This document shows, in pieces, positions 50,235 through 59,065 of a DNA stretch of 64,000 nt. Location: positions 256,446 to 320,445 of the forward strand of contig JABHAL010000004.1 in the NCBI GenBank assembly GCA_018674305.1, written 5' to 3'. The notes beneath the pieces were generated by a model. That model was not told the origin of the DNA. It did no database searches and saw nothing but the letters and a program-made list of their open reading frames with translations. The translations under genes and the position numbers were made by a program. The number at the start of each line of letters is the position of its first letter. Position 1 is the stretch's first letter. The DNA comes from Candidatus Falkowbacteria bacterium (GTDB taxonomy: Bacteria > Patescibacteriota > Patescibacteriia > UBA11705 > JABHMO01).

Positions 50235-50453
50235 TTATGCACATTGGGCACTTAAAATTTCTACTGAATGAATCACCAACGGACCGAATAATTTTTCCAA
50301 GGCAGGTAGAGTTGAGGTCTGGGTTTGCTCTAGATTATTCAAGGTTGTAGCTTCTTTCTGTTTTTCGATCAAATACCAGCCATCAATCCAAAGTTCTAGC
50401 CACTTGCCAGTTTGAACATGTTGCAAAATGTGAGGTTGTTTTTCATCTTCCAT
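50235..50453 (-). CDS. Small hypothetical protein (72 aa, start MEDEKQ)
   Basis: Minus-strand TTGACA(50513-50508), 17 bp, TAAATT, then GACCTTTAAC and GGAG before ATG 50453. Confidence 0.55.
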   Translation of the reverse strand: MEDEKQPHILQHVQTGKWLELWIDGWYLIEKQKEATTLNNLEQTQTSTLPALEKLFGPLVIHSVEILSAQCA

Positions 50454-50597
50454 GTATTTCTCCACAGTTAAAGGTCGATATTGTAATTTAGCATGATAAT
50501 GCGAGTGTGTCAACCCTTGTGATTGGTTCAATTGACAAAATTATACTGCTTTGCTAATATAGCTAATCAATAGTTCATTCAACCGAGGAGGTTCATT

Positions 50598-50960
50598 ATG
50601 CCGACAGGAAGAGAATTAGTTTTTGGTATGGGAATAATGTACGGTATTCCAATATTAATTCTTTTAGCCGTAATTTTTGGTGTTGGATATTGGATTGGTG
50701 GAAACTCAGGTGCTGATTCTGCTCAAGGTTCCCCGGCTGAAGTGACACTGGGGAGTCATGAGCTTGTACAAGCATTTTGTAAATATGATCAAGCTATTAT
50801 TGTAGATGAAGATGGTGAAAACAAGTTTGTCAGTTTGCCAGACGTTTGTCGGTCCAGATGTCCAGAGTCGATTGATTCAACCAAGCCGACCTTTGTAACT
50901 ATTTTTGAAAAAACTGATCAAATTGAATGTGATTGGGTCACGAAACTAAGGACAGAATAA
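50598..50960 (+). CDS. Hypothetical membrane-anchored protein
   Basis: TM helix; promoter TTGACA 50532, 17 bp, TAATAT; GTTCATTCAAC; GAGGAGG; terminator at about 50968-50990. Confidence 0.7.
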   Translation: MPTGRELVFGMGIMYGIPILILLAVIFGVGYWIGGNSGADSAQGSPAEVTLGSHELVQAFCKYDQAIIVDEDGENKFVSLPDVCRSRCPESIDSTKPTFVTIFEKTDQIECDWVTKLRTE

Positions 50961-51050
50961 ATATCATGCTCCGCAATGCGGAGCTTTTTTATCTGACAAT
51001 TTCAGTATAATTATATATAATAAAGAGAGGTGATAACTGAGAGGTGAAAA

Positions 51051-51446
51051 ATGAACTGTCTTGAATTTCGAGCAGTAATTGGAAGAATTGAAGAAATAGC
51101 TCCACGGGGTAAAGATTTCCTTCAATTGCAATTACATGTAAATGGTGAGACTGTGTGTGTTGTTTGCCGACAATTTGCTTTGGCCAGTTTATACCGATTG
51201 AAAGAAGAGGTTGGAGAGGAGTGTCCCGCAGTTGAGCGTCTTAATTTGATCATTTACTATCCGCCGACTTTGATTGATCAATCGATTGAACAACAAAGGG
51301 CTTTTGTGGCTGACAAGTTAGGTGAATTAACACCAGAACAAAGAAGAATCGTTTACAACGAAATTTTAAAAGAAGATTTTAGAGACGGTGATGAACATTT
51401 ACCCTGGCATGACATTGTCAAACGCTTTGTAGCAAAACATACATAG
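51051..51446 (+). CDS. Hypothetical protein with zf-HC2 (anti-sigma)-like N-terminus
   Basis: MNC..FR...H......CVVC; SD GAGGTG; terminator at about 51447-51474. Confidence 0.55.
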   Translation: MNCLEFRAVIGRIEEIAPRGKDFLQLQLHVNGETVCVVCRQFALASLYRLKEEVGEECPAVERLNLIIYYPPTLIDQSIEQQRAFVADKLGELTPEQRRIVYNEILKEDFRDGDEHLPWHDIVKRFVAKHT

Positions 51447-51530
51447 GCTTCGGAACACTTCCGGAGCTTTTTTTGTTTAATAAAAAATAAAGAGGCAATC
51501 TTATTAAGATTGCCTCTTGTGTTTTTCACT

Positions 51531-51725
51531 TTAGTTGCTCATTTCGAACAACTCTCGGTCGACCTGTTTGCGAACAGCCTGCTTGCTGTTGCGTCGCACC
51601 AGTCGCCGTGCCAATCGTTTCATGTTCCGCGGGTGACAGCCGTACGGGTTGCAACAGGTGCAACGCCAACCTCCAGGACCCGCTTGCAACTTACCCTTTC
51701 CGAAGTACTCCTTGGCCAAACTCAT
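51531..51725 (-). CDS. 64-aa basic protein with GPGGxxCxCC motif
   Basis: MSLAKEYFGKGKLQAGPGGWRCTCCNPYGCHPRNMKRLARRLVRRNSKQAVRKQVDRELFEMSN; SD GGGAAGGTG. Confidence 0.7.
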   Translation of the reverse strand: MSLAKEYFGKGKLQAGPGGWRCTCCNPYGCHPRNMKRLARRLVRRNSKQAVRKQVDRELFEMSN

Positions 51726-51804
51726 TTGCACCTTCCCGGTTATTAAAGCTCTTTATTGAGCTATAATGAAACCGGGGTATGTGCTTCGATGTGTTGAAGT
51801 TCAT
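51691..51804 (-). CDS. 37-aa putative leader peptide overlapping the GPGG-CxCC gene
   Basis: MNFNTSKHIPRFHYSSIKSFNNREGANEFGQGVLRKG; GGAGG SD; promoter TTGACA(51871-51866), 17 bp, TATCAT; hairpin at 51735-51776. Confidence 0.5.
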   Translation of the reverse strand: MNFNTSKHIPRFHYSSIKSFNNREGANEFGQGVLRKG

Positions 51805-51946
51805 GTTATCCTCCATGAATTGAATTGAACAAAGAACATAAGATGATATCATACACATTTGGTTTTGTCAAGTATAACTGGTTGAATAAAAAACTGCAAC
51901 CCGGGTGGGAGTTGCAGTCTGTTGTTCTCTAAGGGTTGAGTGCAGA

Positions 51947-52132
51947 CTATTTTTCCATTTCTTTGATTGCAGAACCTATTCCACTTCCTTCTTTTCTGTA
52001 ATCTTCGAGCGTTTTATCGCTGCCGGTTTTCGGAGGTGGCTTCTTCACAACCGGAACGCTGGACGGGTGAGTATGGCCGGTACAGCCAGCGAGAAAACAA
52101 AGGCACATTACGGTAAGTAGCAATCTCTTCAT
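51947..52132 (-). CDS. Small lipoprotein
   Basis: MKRLLLTVMCLCFLAG-C lipobox; AGGAGG SD; TGTTCTTTAAC upstream. Confidence 0.7.
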   Translation of the reverse strand: MKRLLLTVMCLCFLAGCTGHTHPSSVPVVKKPPPKTGSDKTLEDYRKEGSGIGSAIKEMEK

Positions 52133-52271
52133 CGCAGCCTCCTAATGATCCGTTGGGGGTTAAAGAACAGCTATATATTTTGTTAATTAATTTTGAGGTT
52201 TTTGTCAATAGCTGTAATAGTGATACGGAGGAGACATGTTAAGAAAAAAGTGAAGGCATGACAGCTTTCAC

Positions 52272-52643
52272 TTATTGACTAAAGGTTTTGGAAAAGCCGA
52301 AAATTAGTAAAAGTTGATTTTGTTTAAGCATCTCATTCGGCTGAATATTCGGAGGTAGAGTTATGGAGTTCTGTTGTTTAATGTTTTGCCAGCGAACATA
52401 TTCACCTAAAAAAAGTTTTCTCGTGATTTGTTCCTCTTCAATTGAATAAAGCGTATCTCCAATTTGAGTTTCTACCAGAAAAGTAATGGCGTGAAAATAA
52501 ACTGTTCGAGTTTTGGCTTCGATTTTCCCTAATTTTTTCACTAACGGAAAATATTCAGCTGCTTGAACAGTACCTGAACAAGTAAATAGCAAAATAACAA
52601 TTATAAAGGCAAAAGCTTTAGCAAAACCTTTAAATACTTTCAT
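52272..52643 (-). CDS. Hypothetical secreted protein
   Basis: Signal peptide ending VQA; GAGGAGGG SD. Confidence 0.65.
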   Translation of the reverse strand: MKVFKGFAKAFAFIIVILLFTCSGTVQAAEYFPLVKKLGKIEAKTRTVYFHAITFLVETQIGDTLYSIEEEQITRKLFLGEYVRWQNIKQQNSITLPPNIQPNEMLKQNQLLLIFGFSKTFSQ

Positions 52644-52812
52644 CTTTCCCTCCTCAATGGATTGACAAGAGTAGGTTAATTAGATGGTAGCTTGACTAAT
52701 TTGAGTTGTCAACAGGTTTGATTTGACAAAGGCTTTGGTCGTGATAAAGTAGGTGTAAGAATTTGAGCAGCTTCTGATCGATCCCATGCTTGTCGTGTGT
52801 GAAGTTCTTCGC

Positions 52813-53955
52813 TTAAGATTTAGCGGAGAACTTTTTTATTTCCTGCAAATAATCTTGAGCAGTTTGATACCAGTGAATATCCTTTGATTTTTGTAAACCT
52901 GCGGCTATATATTGTTTGGCTAGCTTTGAATTAGTCATTTGCTTCATGGCACTGTAGAGATCGTTTGTGTCAGTTGGATTAATTAAAAGGGCAGCTTGTT
53001 GGCAAATTTCTGACATGGATGAATTGTTTGAGGTAATGACGGGACAGCCACAGGCCATTGCTTCAATTGGGGGAAATCCAAACCCCTCATAAAATGAAGG
53101 ATACACAAACATAGAAGCTAAATTGTAAAAATATCGTTTCTCAGAATCTTTGATGTATTTAGTGAAGATAATATTTTTTGACTGTTGTTTGATGATTTTT
53201 TTATAATGCCAACCTGGTTTACCGGCGATTACTAAACTATATTCAGGATGTTCCTGATGAAATAAGTTAAAAGCCTTAATTAGTGAAGTGAGGTTTTTTC
53301 TTGGCTCAATCGTGCCGAGAAACAAAATGAATTTCTCTGGTAGTTTGTATTTATTTTTTATTTTTTTAAATTTAGGATCTTTCGGATTTAAAATTCTATA
53401 ATTCTGAGAAATGCCGGAGTATATAGTTTGAATTTTCTTTGGAGCAATTTTGTAAATGTCGATTAAATCTTGCTTGGTGTTTTTTGAAACAGAAATAACT
53501 TGATCTGCTTGCTGAAAAAGTTTATTAGGATTTACAAACCAATGCCATAGTTTACGTTTGAAAGATAGAAATTCAGGAAAAATTTCAAAACTGAGATCAT
53601 GAGCGGTGATAATGTAGGGACAGTTTGTTTTGAAAAATGAAATATTAGGAAATAAGAATAAATCGATTTTCGAAGATTTGTATTTGTGAATAATTATTTG
53701 ATCAAGTTTTGGGTGAGAAAATATCTTTAACGTTAAGTTGAGTACCTTGTTGGACATTTTGAACTCACAATAATGTACATTGTCTTTGGGAAACTTAGGA
53801 ATATATTTGTTAACCTTTTGTCTGGAATTATAAAAAAGATAGTACTGGTTGGTACTATCTACTTCAAATAAATGTTTTAGGAGATAAAAAGTGTATTCGC
53901 CAACGCCAGTCAGTTCGCGTTCCATTAAGCAACGGATGTCGATACCTATATTCAT
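52813..53955 (-). CDS. Glycosyltransferase family 4
   Basis: IGIDIR, TGVGEY, TAHDL, GTIEPRKN, PSFYEGFGFPPIEAMACG. Confidence 0.93.
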   Translation of the reverse strand: MNIGIDIRCLMERELTGVGEYTFYLLKHLFEVDSTNQYYLFYNSRQKVNKYIPKFPKDNVHYCEFKMSNKVLNLTLKIFSHPKLDQIIIHKYKSSKIDLFLFPNISFFKTNCPYIITAHDLSFEIFPEFLSFKRKLWHWFVNPNKLFQQADQVISVSKNTKQDLIDIYKIAPKKIQTIYSGISQNYRILNPKDPKFKKIKNKYKLPEKFILFLGTIEPRKNLTSLIKAFNLFHQEHPEYSLVIAGKPGWHYKKIIKQQSKNIIFTKYIKDSEKRYFYNLASMFVYPSFYEGFGFPPIEAMACGCPVITSNNSSMSEICQQAALLINPTDTNDLYSAMKQMTNSKLAKQYIAAGLQKSKDIHWYQTAQDYLQEIKKFSAKS

Positions 53956-54074
53956 AAACTCTAAATTCTAATAAATAAACTCTAAACAATTTTTCAAATA
54001 CAAATTTATAAATATCAAAACGTTAATTTGGGTTTTAAATTTTTAATAATTATAATTTGTTCAGGATTTAGAAA

Positions 54075-55169
54075 TTAGGGATTGGGATTTAATTTGTTGA
54101 CTATAAATTCTTTTATTTTTTGTTTAAAAATATTTACATCAAACTGTAAAGCATGTTCTCTAATTGTTTGAGGATTGTAATCTTCAATCTTAAAGCTTAA
54201 AACTTTATCGGCAAGATCTTCCCAGATTTGTTCCTCGAAAAGAGTACCTGTCTTGCCTTCGATTACAGTTTCTGTTGCTCCGCCTGCTCGATAGGCAATT
54301 ACTGGGCGACCACTGGCCATGGCTTCGACAGCAGTGATACCAAAATCTTCAAGTTGTGGATTAAGGAAGGCTTTGCATTTGCTATAAAGAGCAATCTTTT
54401 TTTGTTCCGGCACCTTACCCAAGAATTCAATATTGTTTTTAGCTATTTTTTTTAAATTTTTCAATTGTGGACCATCACCAAATATTTTCAGAGGTAGATT
54501 TAATCGGTTAAAAGCTTGAACAATAAGATCAAACCGTTTATAGCCGACCAGACGACCACCAGCTAGAAAATAATCTTCGACTTTATCAGTAACCTTGAAT
54601 TTGTGAGTGTCCACTGGTGGATAAATTACAGTACTTTCCTTGTTGTAGTATTTTTTTATTCGTTTTTGAACTTCTTTTGAGTTGGCGATAAAGTGATCGA
54701 CTCGGTCAGCTGCGATTTTGTCCCACTGGCGAAGTTTAGTTAACGATATTGGTAACATCTTTTTGATTAAAAAATTCTGATTCAAATCTTTCAGATAGCC
54801 GTGAGTATTAGTCCACAAGAATCGTGGTGGAGTATGACAATAGCAGATGTGTGTTGAGGTTGGTCCAGGTATTACGCCCTTTGAAAAGATTGAAGAGCTG
54901 GATAATATCAACTTGTATTTTGTAACTGGATGGTGCTCAGTTGCAGCTGGCATAAAATTCAAATACCATTGGTACTTGGAAACACCAAAAGGAAAGTTTT
55001 GTAAAAATGAAGTATGTATCTTTTTTTTGGCAAAATCCTGGGCAACATTTTTCTTATCATAAACCAGCGTGTACATTGAGCTTTTAGGAAAAATATCCAT
55101 AAAGGCTTTGGCTACACGCTCAGCGCCTCCGTCCTGCGTTAGGTGGTCATGAACTAGAGCTACATTCAT
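54075..55169 (-). CDS. Glycosyltransferase family 4
   Basis: VALVHDHL...GGAERV, YCHTP.R..W, EDFGITAVEAMASGRPV. Confidence 0.93.
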   Translation of the reverse strand: MNVALVHDHLTQDGGAERVAKAFMDIFPKSSMYTLVYDKKNVAQDFAKKKIHTSFLQNFPFGVSKYQWYLNFMPAATEHHPVTKYKLILSSSSIFSKGVIPGPTSTHICYCHTPPRFLWTNTHGYLKDLNQNFLIKKMLPISLTKLRQWDKIAADRVDHFIANSKEVQKRIKKYYNKESTVIYPPVDTHKFKVTDKVEDYFLAGGRLVGYKRFDLIVQAFNRLNLPLKIFGDGPQLKNLKKIAKNNIEFLGKVPEQKKIALYSKCKAFLNPQLEDFGITAVEAMASGRPVIAYRAGGATETVIEGKTGTLFEEQIWEDLADKVLSFKIEDYNPQTIREHALQFDVNIFKQKIKEFIVNKLNPNP

Positions 55170-55299
55170 ATTTACTGAAACATTAAAATATTAAAGCATA
55201 AAAGCATTTACAGTAGATGTTTTCATACTCCAGTGTTCTCTTATTTTCTTGTGTAAGTATCTTAGCAAAATATGTGAAAAAAACCAAGAGTAAACAAAA

Positions 55300-55387
55300 A
55301 AACTCATTACTGGCATGCTGAACTTGTCCGCCTCGTCCGACTGACGTCGAACAGTCGAGACGGGTTTCAGTATCTAGTAAGGAGTTT
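55300..55387. repeat. Nested palindromic element
   Basis: Outer aaactcattactg/tagtaaggagttt, middle atgctgaac/gtttcagtat, GC-rich inner ccgcctcg..cgactg...cagtcgagacgg. Confidence 0.6.
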
Positions 55388-55395
55388 GGTTATAG

Positions 55396-56829
55396 TTAAA
55401 CTCGTGATTTTCTTATGAGTACAACAAAGGGTGTCTTTAGCATTACCCAGAAATCAAGTTTTAGTGACCAGTTTTCTATATAGTAGGTGTCAATTTTAAC
55501 TTCTTCGTCAAAGTCCAAATCGCTACGACCAGAAATTTGCGCTACCCCAGTAATGCCTGGTTTAATATCCAAAACTCGTTTGTGATGTTTTTTGTATTTA
55601 GCAACCTCTCTTGGTTGATGTGGTCGTGGTCCAACTAAACTCATGTTTCCAATCCAGACGTTAAATAATTGAGGCAGTTCATCGAGTGAAGACTTTTCCA
55701 TGAACCTACCAATTTTAGTTCGACGTGGATCTTTCAGGATTTTGTAAACTGGCCCATGTCTTTCAGATTGTTTTTCTGCTAGTTTCTTTTCATATTCCAA
55801 GACTTCTTTTTGATTAGTGTATTTTTCAAATTGCTTGCCAGTACAGTACTTGGTGTACATTGATCTGAATTTAAAAACATTGAAAGTTCCTTTGCTATGA
55901 ACACGTTCATTTTTGTAAATTGCTGGACCATTATCTTCTAATCTAATAATAATAGTTAGAAGTATCATTATAGGGCTAAATACAATAATTAGAAAAGTAC
56001 TTAGAATAAAATCTATTAACCTTTTTATAATTTTCCCCCAGCCATCTAGTTTAGTTTTTCGAATTTCAATTAGTGGTACACCCGCAATCATGTGTACTTC
56101 TACGTTGGTTGTTCGTGCTTCGAATTGACCAGCTGCATATTTAAAAATAATGTTATGTTCTGCACAAAAATCTGCTAGATCGATTGAAACCTTTCGGGAT
56201 AAACTCGAATCGGTTTGAACGATTTCATCAATACCTTTTCGCTTTAGTAGCTTGAGCAGATCTTCCTTGTCATTGGGGTCAAATTCTTGAATCCTGGCAA
56301 TTATTTTATAGCCCAATTCAGGTTGTCCCTTGAAGGTATCAATAATTTCTTCTGTGTTTTTGTTTTTTCCAACAATAACAATATTATGGACACCCCAGCC
56401 AGACTTTAGAGTATGGCGATGAATTTTTCGTACAATCACACGAACAAGCATTATTAGAAAAATACTTAACACCCAGGCTGTCAGGACAATGAATCGGGAG
56501 GAGAAATATTCGCGAACAAAAAACATGTAAATAATGATGGCAGTCATGCCAGTGGAACAGGCCAAGACAATTTTAGCTAACTCGTCAGTTACTTTGCGAC
56601 GGTGGAATGAATATAAGCCAGCCGCTGCAAAGAATAATAGCCAGACTGCTGAAACAGATAAAACAAAAATAAAATACCGCTCAAACGGTAAGTCAAAAAT
56701 TACAGGTCTGATTTCCTGAACAGACTCTTCGTAACGAATTACATAAGCCAAGAGCCCAGCTGCCACCAAGGTTATGTAATCAATTGGAATTTTTAGAAAG
56801 GTGAAAAATAATTCAGCATTCTTTTTCAT
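55396..56829 (-). CDS. Priming polyprenyl-phosphate sugar transferase (WcaJ/WbaP family)
   Basis: N-terminal TM helices, KRLID, FKFRSM, DPR.T..G, SLDELPQLFNV..G.MSLVGPRP, KPGITG.AQ.SGR, YIENWS. Confidence 0.93.
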   Translation of the reverse strand: MKKNAELFFTFLKIPIDYITLVAAGLLAYVIRYEESVQEIRPVIFDLPFERYFIFVLSVSAVWLLFFAAAGLYSFHRRKVTDELAKIVLACSTGMTAIIIYMFFVREYFSSRFIVLTAWVLSIFLIMLVRVIVRKIHRHTLKSGWGVHNIVIVGKNKNTEEIIDTFKGQPELGYKIIARIQEFDPNDKEDLLKLLKRKGIDEIVQTDSSLSRKVSIDLADFCAEHNIIFKYAAGQFEARTTNVEVHMIAGVPLIEIRKTKLDGWGKIIKRLIDFILSTFLIIVFSPIMILLTIIIRLEDNGPAIYKNERVHSKGTFNVFKFRSMYTKYCTGKQFEKYTNQKEVLEYEKKLAEKQSERHGPVYKILKDPRRTKIGRFMEKSSLDELPQLFNVWIGNMSLVGPRPHQPREVAKYKKHHKRVLDIKPGITGVAQISGRSDLDFDEEVKIDTYYIENWSLKLDFWVMLKTPFVVLIRKSRV

Positions 56830-56954
56830 ATGATAATAAGATAAAGAAGGCTATAGAAGATCAGTTAGATTTAACTAGCCAAAAGTATTTTGCTTTTGTT
56901 ATCTTCTTCATCCCCTTGCTCTTTTTAATCTTCTTCTAGTGTATCAAATAAAAG

Positions 56955-57414
56955 AGCCATAAACAAGCGAGTAAGCCGGATTCTGTTTTAGCTGTCATCT
57001 ATCTGGGCCAAAGATTACTCTTTGGCTCACGCGGGCTACCAAAACTTGCCCTTGCACTCAGGTAAGGATTTAGCCGTTTCACCCTTGATGTTTCCATCAA
57101 GACTAACCCCGAAGGGTTCCGGGAAATCACTTTCCACGGCGTCCCGATGTTGCTTTCGCAATTCGGGACACCTTGACTCTTGCGAGTCTCGGCGTCTCTG
57201 CTCGCACCTCTATCTCACGATCGACAGGAATTACCTGTTACCCGTGTCAATTAAATAACCGAGTGTCCGGACTTTCCTCCCTTCTTCGCTCTTCACTCCG
57301 TTCAGAGCTACGTAGGGCAAGCCAGTCTCATAAGTTGATTAGGACTAGCCTGCCCTTCGAAGCTCTCGCGAAGCAGAGGGCGAAGAAGGGCGACAGTTCT
57401 GCTTGTTTATGGCT
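56955..57414 (-). ncRNA. rnpB: RNase P RNA with long P3 extension
   Basis: Minus strand GAGGAAAGUCCGGAC, GGUGAAACGG, GUGCAAG, AGAUAGAUGAC, AACAGAAUCCGGCUUAC; the ends pair as P1 (agccataaacaagc/gcttgtttatggct). Confidence 0.95.
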
Positions 57415-57565
57415 ACATAAAATATAGCAAATTTTATTGAGTTTGTCAAGTTTTTTGTCTAAATTTATTGCTAATTTAGGTAAAATATATTAATGTTTTT
57501 TTTATTGACAAAATGTATTTATTTTGTTAATATGAAATATCTTTGCTCATTGACAGGAGGCAGTT

Positions 57566-57985
57566 ATGACTCAGGTTAAAATCACCAGAGGCCCATTATT
57601 TCCCGAAGATTCGTTCGGCATGGTTGTCAATTGGTATAGATTAAAAATCAACCGAGTGGAAGAAATTTGTCGGGGTACTGTTTATGATCAATCATTTGCT
57701 AAAATCATAGAACATTTGAAATATTTGCATGATAATCCACCTGCAAGAGCAACTTATTTTGCAGGGATGACAGCTTCAGGTTTGATTTTTCAGGATGTTC
57801 AAATTGACTGGAAAGCTAGCCGTATTGTTAAACGTAACGGTCAGGATGTCGCTTTGCTAAAGACTAAGGGTTTGACTGATCGTATTCTTGTTTGGGCTGG
57901 GAAAAGCGTATTAGCACAAGGTTTTGAGATTACAGAAAGTGAATTTAGAATAGTTGTTTGTTTAATTGTTGCAGTGGAGGTTTAA
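57566..57985 (+). CDS. Hypothetical protein
   Basis: Promoter TTGACA 57505, 17 bp, TAATAT; TGCTCATTGACA; AGGAGG. Confidence 0.7.
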   Translation: MTQVKITRGPLFPEDSFGMVVNWYRLKINRVEEICRGTVYDQSFAKIIEHLKYLHDNPPARATYFAGMTASGLIFQDVQIDWKASRIVKRNGQDVALLKTKGLTDRILVWAGKSVLAQGFEITESEFRIVVCLIVAVEV

Positions 57986-58402
57986 ATGCCAAGAGAAAGT
58001 TCTATTACTCAGGAAATGACGAGATTTTTGAAACAGGCAGGTTTGCCAATTTCAATTCAAGAACTGTTTAACACGGTTTTGGCTTACAAAGGTACACCGA
58101 ATAAAGATGGTGATGATGAGGAAGTTGAATATGGATTTGCAATTGTAAAAGACTTTGAGTTCAAGACACAAGATGGTGTTTTGCAAATCATCTTGTGGTG
58201 TTGTGATCCAGATGAAATGGCGTCTGGAGTTGAGCCAGATGAAGACGGAGAAAGAACCTATACTGAATTTGTTTACAATTATGAATTTGATGATGAAGGG
58301 ACGTGGTATTGTGAAGAAGAAAATTGGGATGTGTTGCTGGAAGTAACTCGCTTGTTTGATCCTGCCAAAAGAAAACGGGCAAGGCCCGAGCCGGCGTCTT
58401 AA
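57986..58402 (+). CDS. Acidic hypothetical protein
   Basis: Abuts the previous gene (TAA-ATG); GGAGG SD; terminator at about 58413-58444. Confidence 0.7.
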   Translation: MPRESSITQEMTRFLKQAGLPISIQELFNTVLAYKGTPNKDGDDEEVEYGFAIVKDFEFKTQDGVLQIILWCCDPDEMASGVEPDEDGERTYTEFVYNYEFDDEGTWYCEEENWDVLLEVTRLFDPAKRKRARPEPAS

Positions 58403-58442
58403 TAAACCAATCAAAAAAGTCCGATCAGAGATCGGACTTTTT

Positions 58443-58937
58443 TTAATTATTCCGGTCATGATGCCAACGTTCAGGATTTGTTCGGATATACCAACGGGAA
58501 TGGTCTAATTCGGATTGATTACGCAAAACGCGGTCGTAATATGATTTTTGCCAACGGAATTCCGATAAACCATTTTGATGAATAAATTTTGATGATGTGG
58601 TTTTGAATGCGCCGATGATTCCGGGGATGGGTTTTGTTTTTCGTGGTAGGGACCGGTCGCGACCGGTCCCTACATCATCGACGATACGAATAATCACATG
58701 AACGTGATTCGGCATAATAATCCATTCATCCAAATTTACATGTTCGTATTGTTTTGTTAACCAAAATAATTGTTGACGTGTAATTACCCCCGATTCATTC
58801 AACACCATTTTATCATTTACGACATTCCCAAACCATTCAATCCGATTATTTGTGCAAATTGTTAAATAATAAAAACCCGCCAATGAATAGTCAATGAATT
58901 TTGCCCGGTTTAATTTTCGATCTGGTCCTGTATACAT
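58443..58937 (-). mobile_element. REP-associated tyrosine (HUH/Y1) transposase
   Basis: DYS..GFYYLTICT, IMPNHVHVII, FKTTSSK, WQKSYYDRVLR, YIRTNP. Confidence 0.88.
58646..58673. repeat. Perfect 28-bp GTAG palindrome inside the transposase gene
   Basis: gtagggaccggtcg-cgaccggtccctac, encoding VGTGRDRSL. Confidence 0.9.
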
Positions 58938-59065
58938 ATATTGCTATTGTTACAGGTATAATATTAATCCCCAAGTAAAATGTTGTCCACGTTCGTCAAG
59001 AGTTTGAAAAACAAAAAATCCTCCTTGGTGTTTGGAGGATTTTCTTGACGAGTATATTTGACAGT

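Noticed and set aside
48900-52700. Integron cassette array, prophage or diversity-generating retroelement
   Set aside because: There is no integrase, reverse transcriptase, phage structural gene, TR/VR pair or convincing attC site. The genes have their own promoters and mixed orientation.
52723-52812. Plus-strand promoter-like sequence and possible short RNA facing the GT4 3' end
   Set aside because: The spacer is 16 bp, and there is no convincing stem, ORF or terminator.
57022-57427. Two plus-strand ORFs (78 and 84 aa)
   Set aside because: They are antisense to RNase P RNA.
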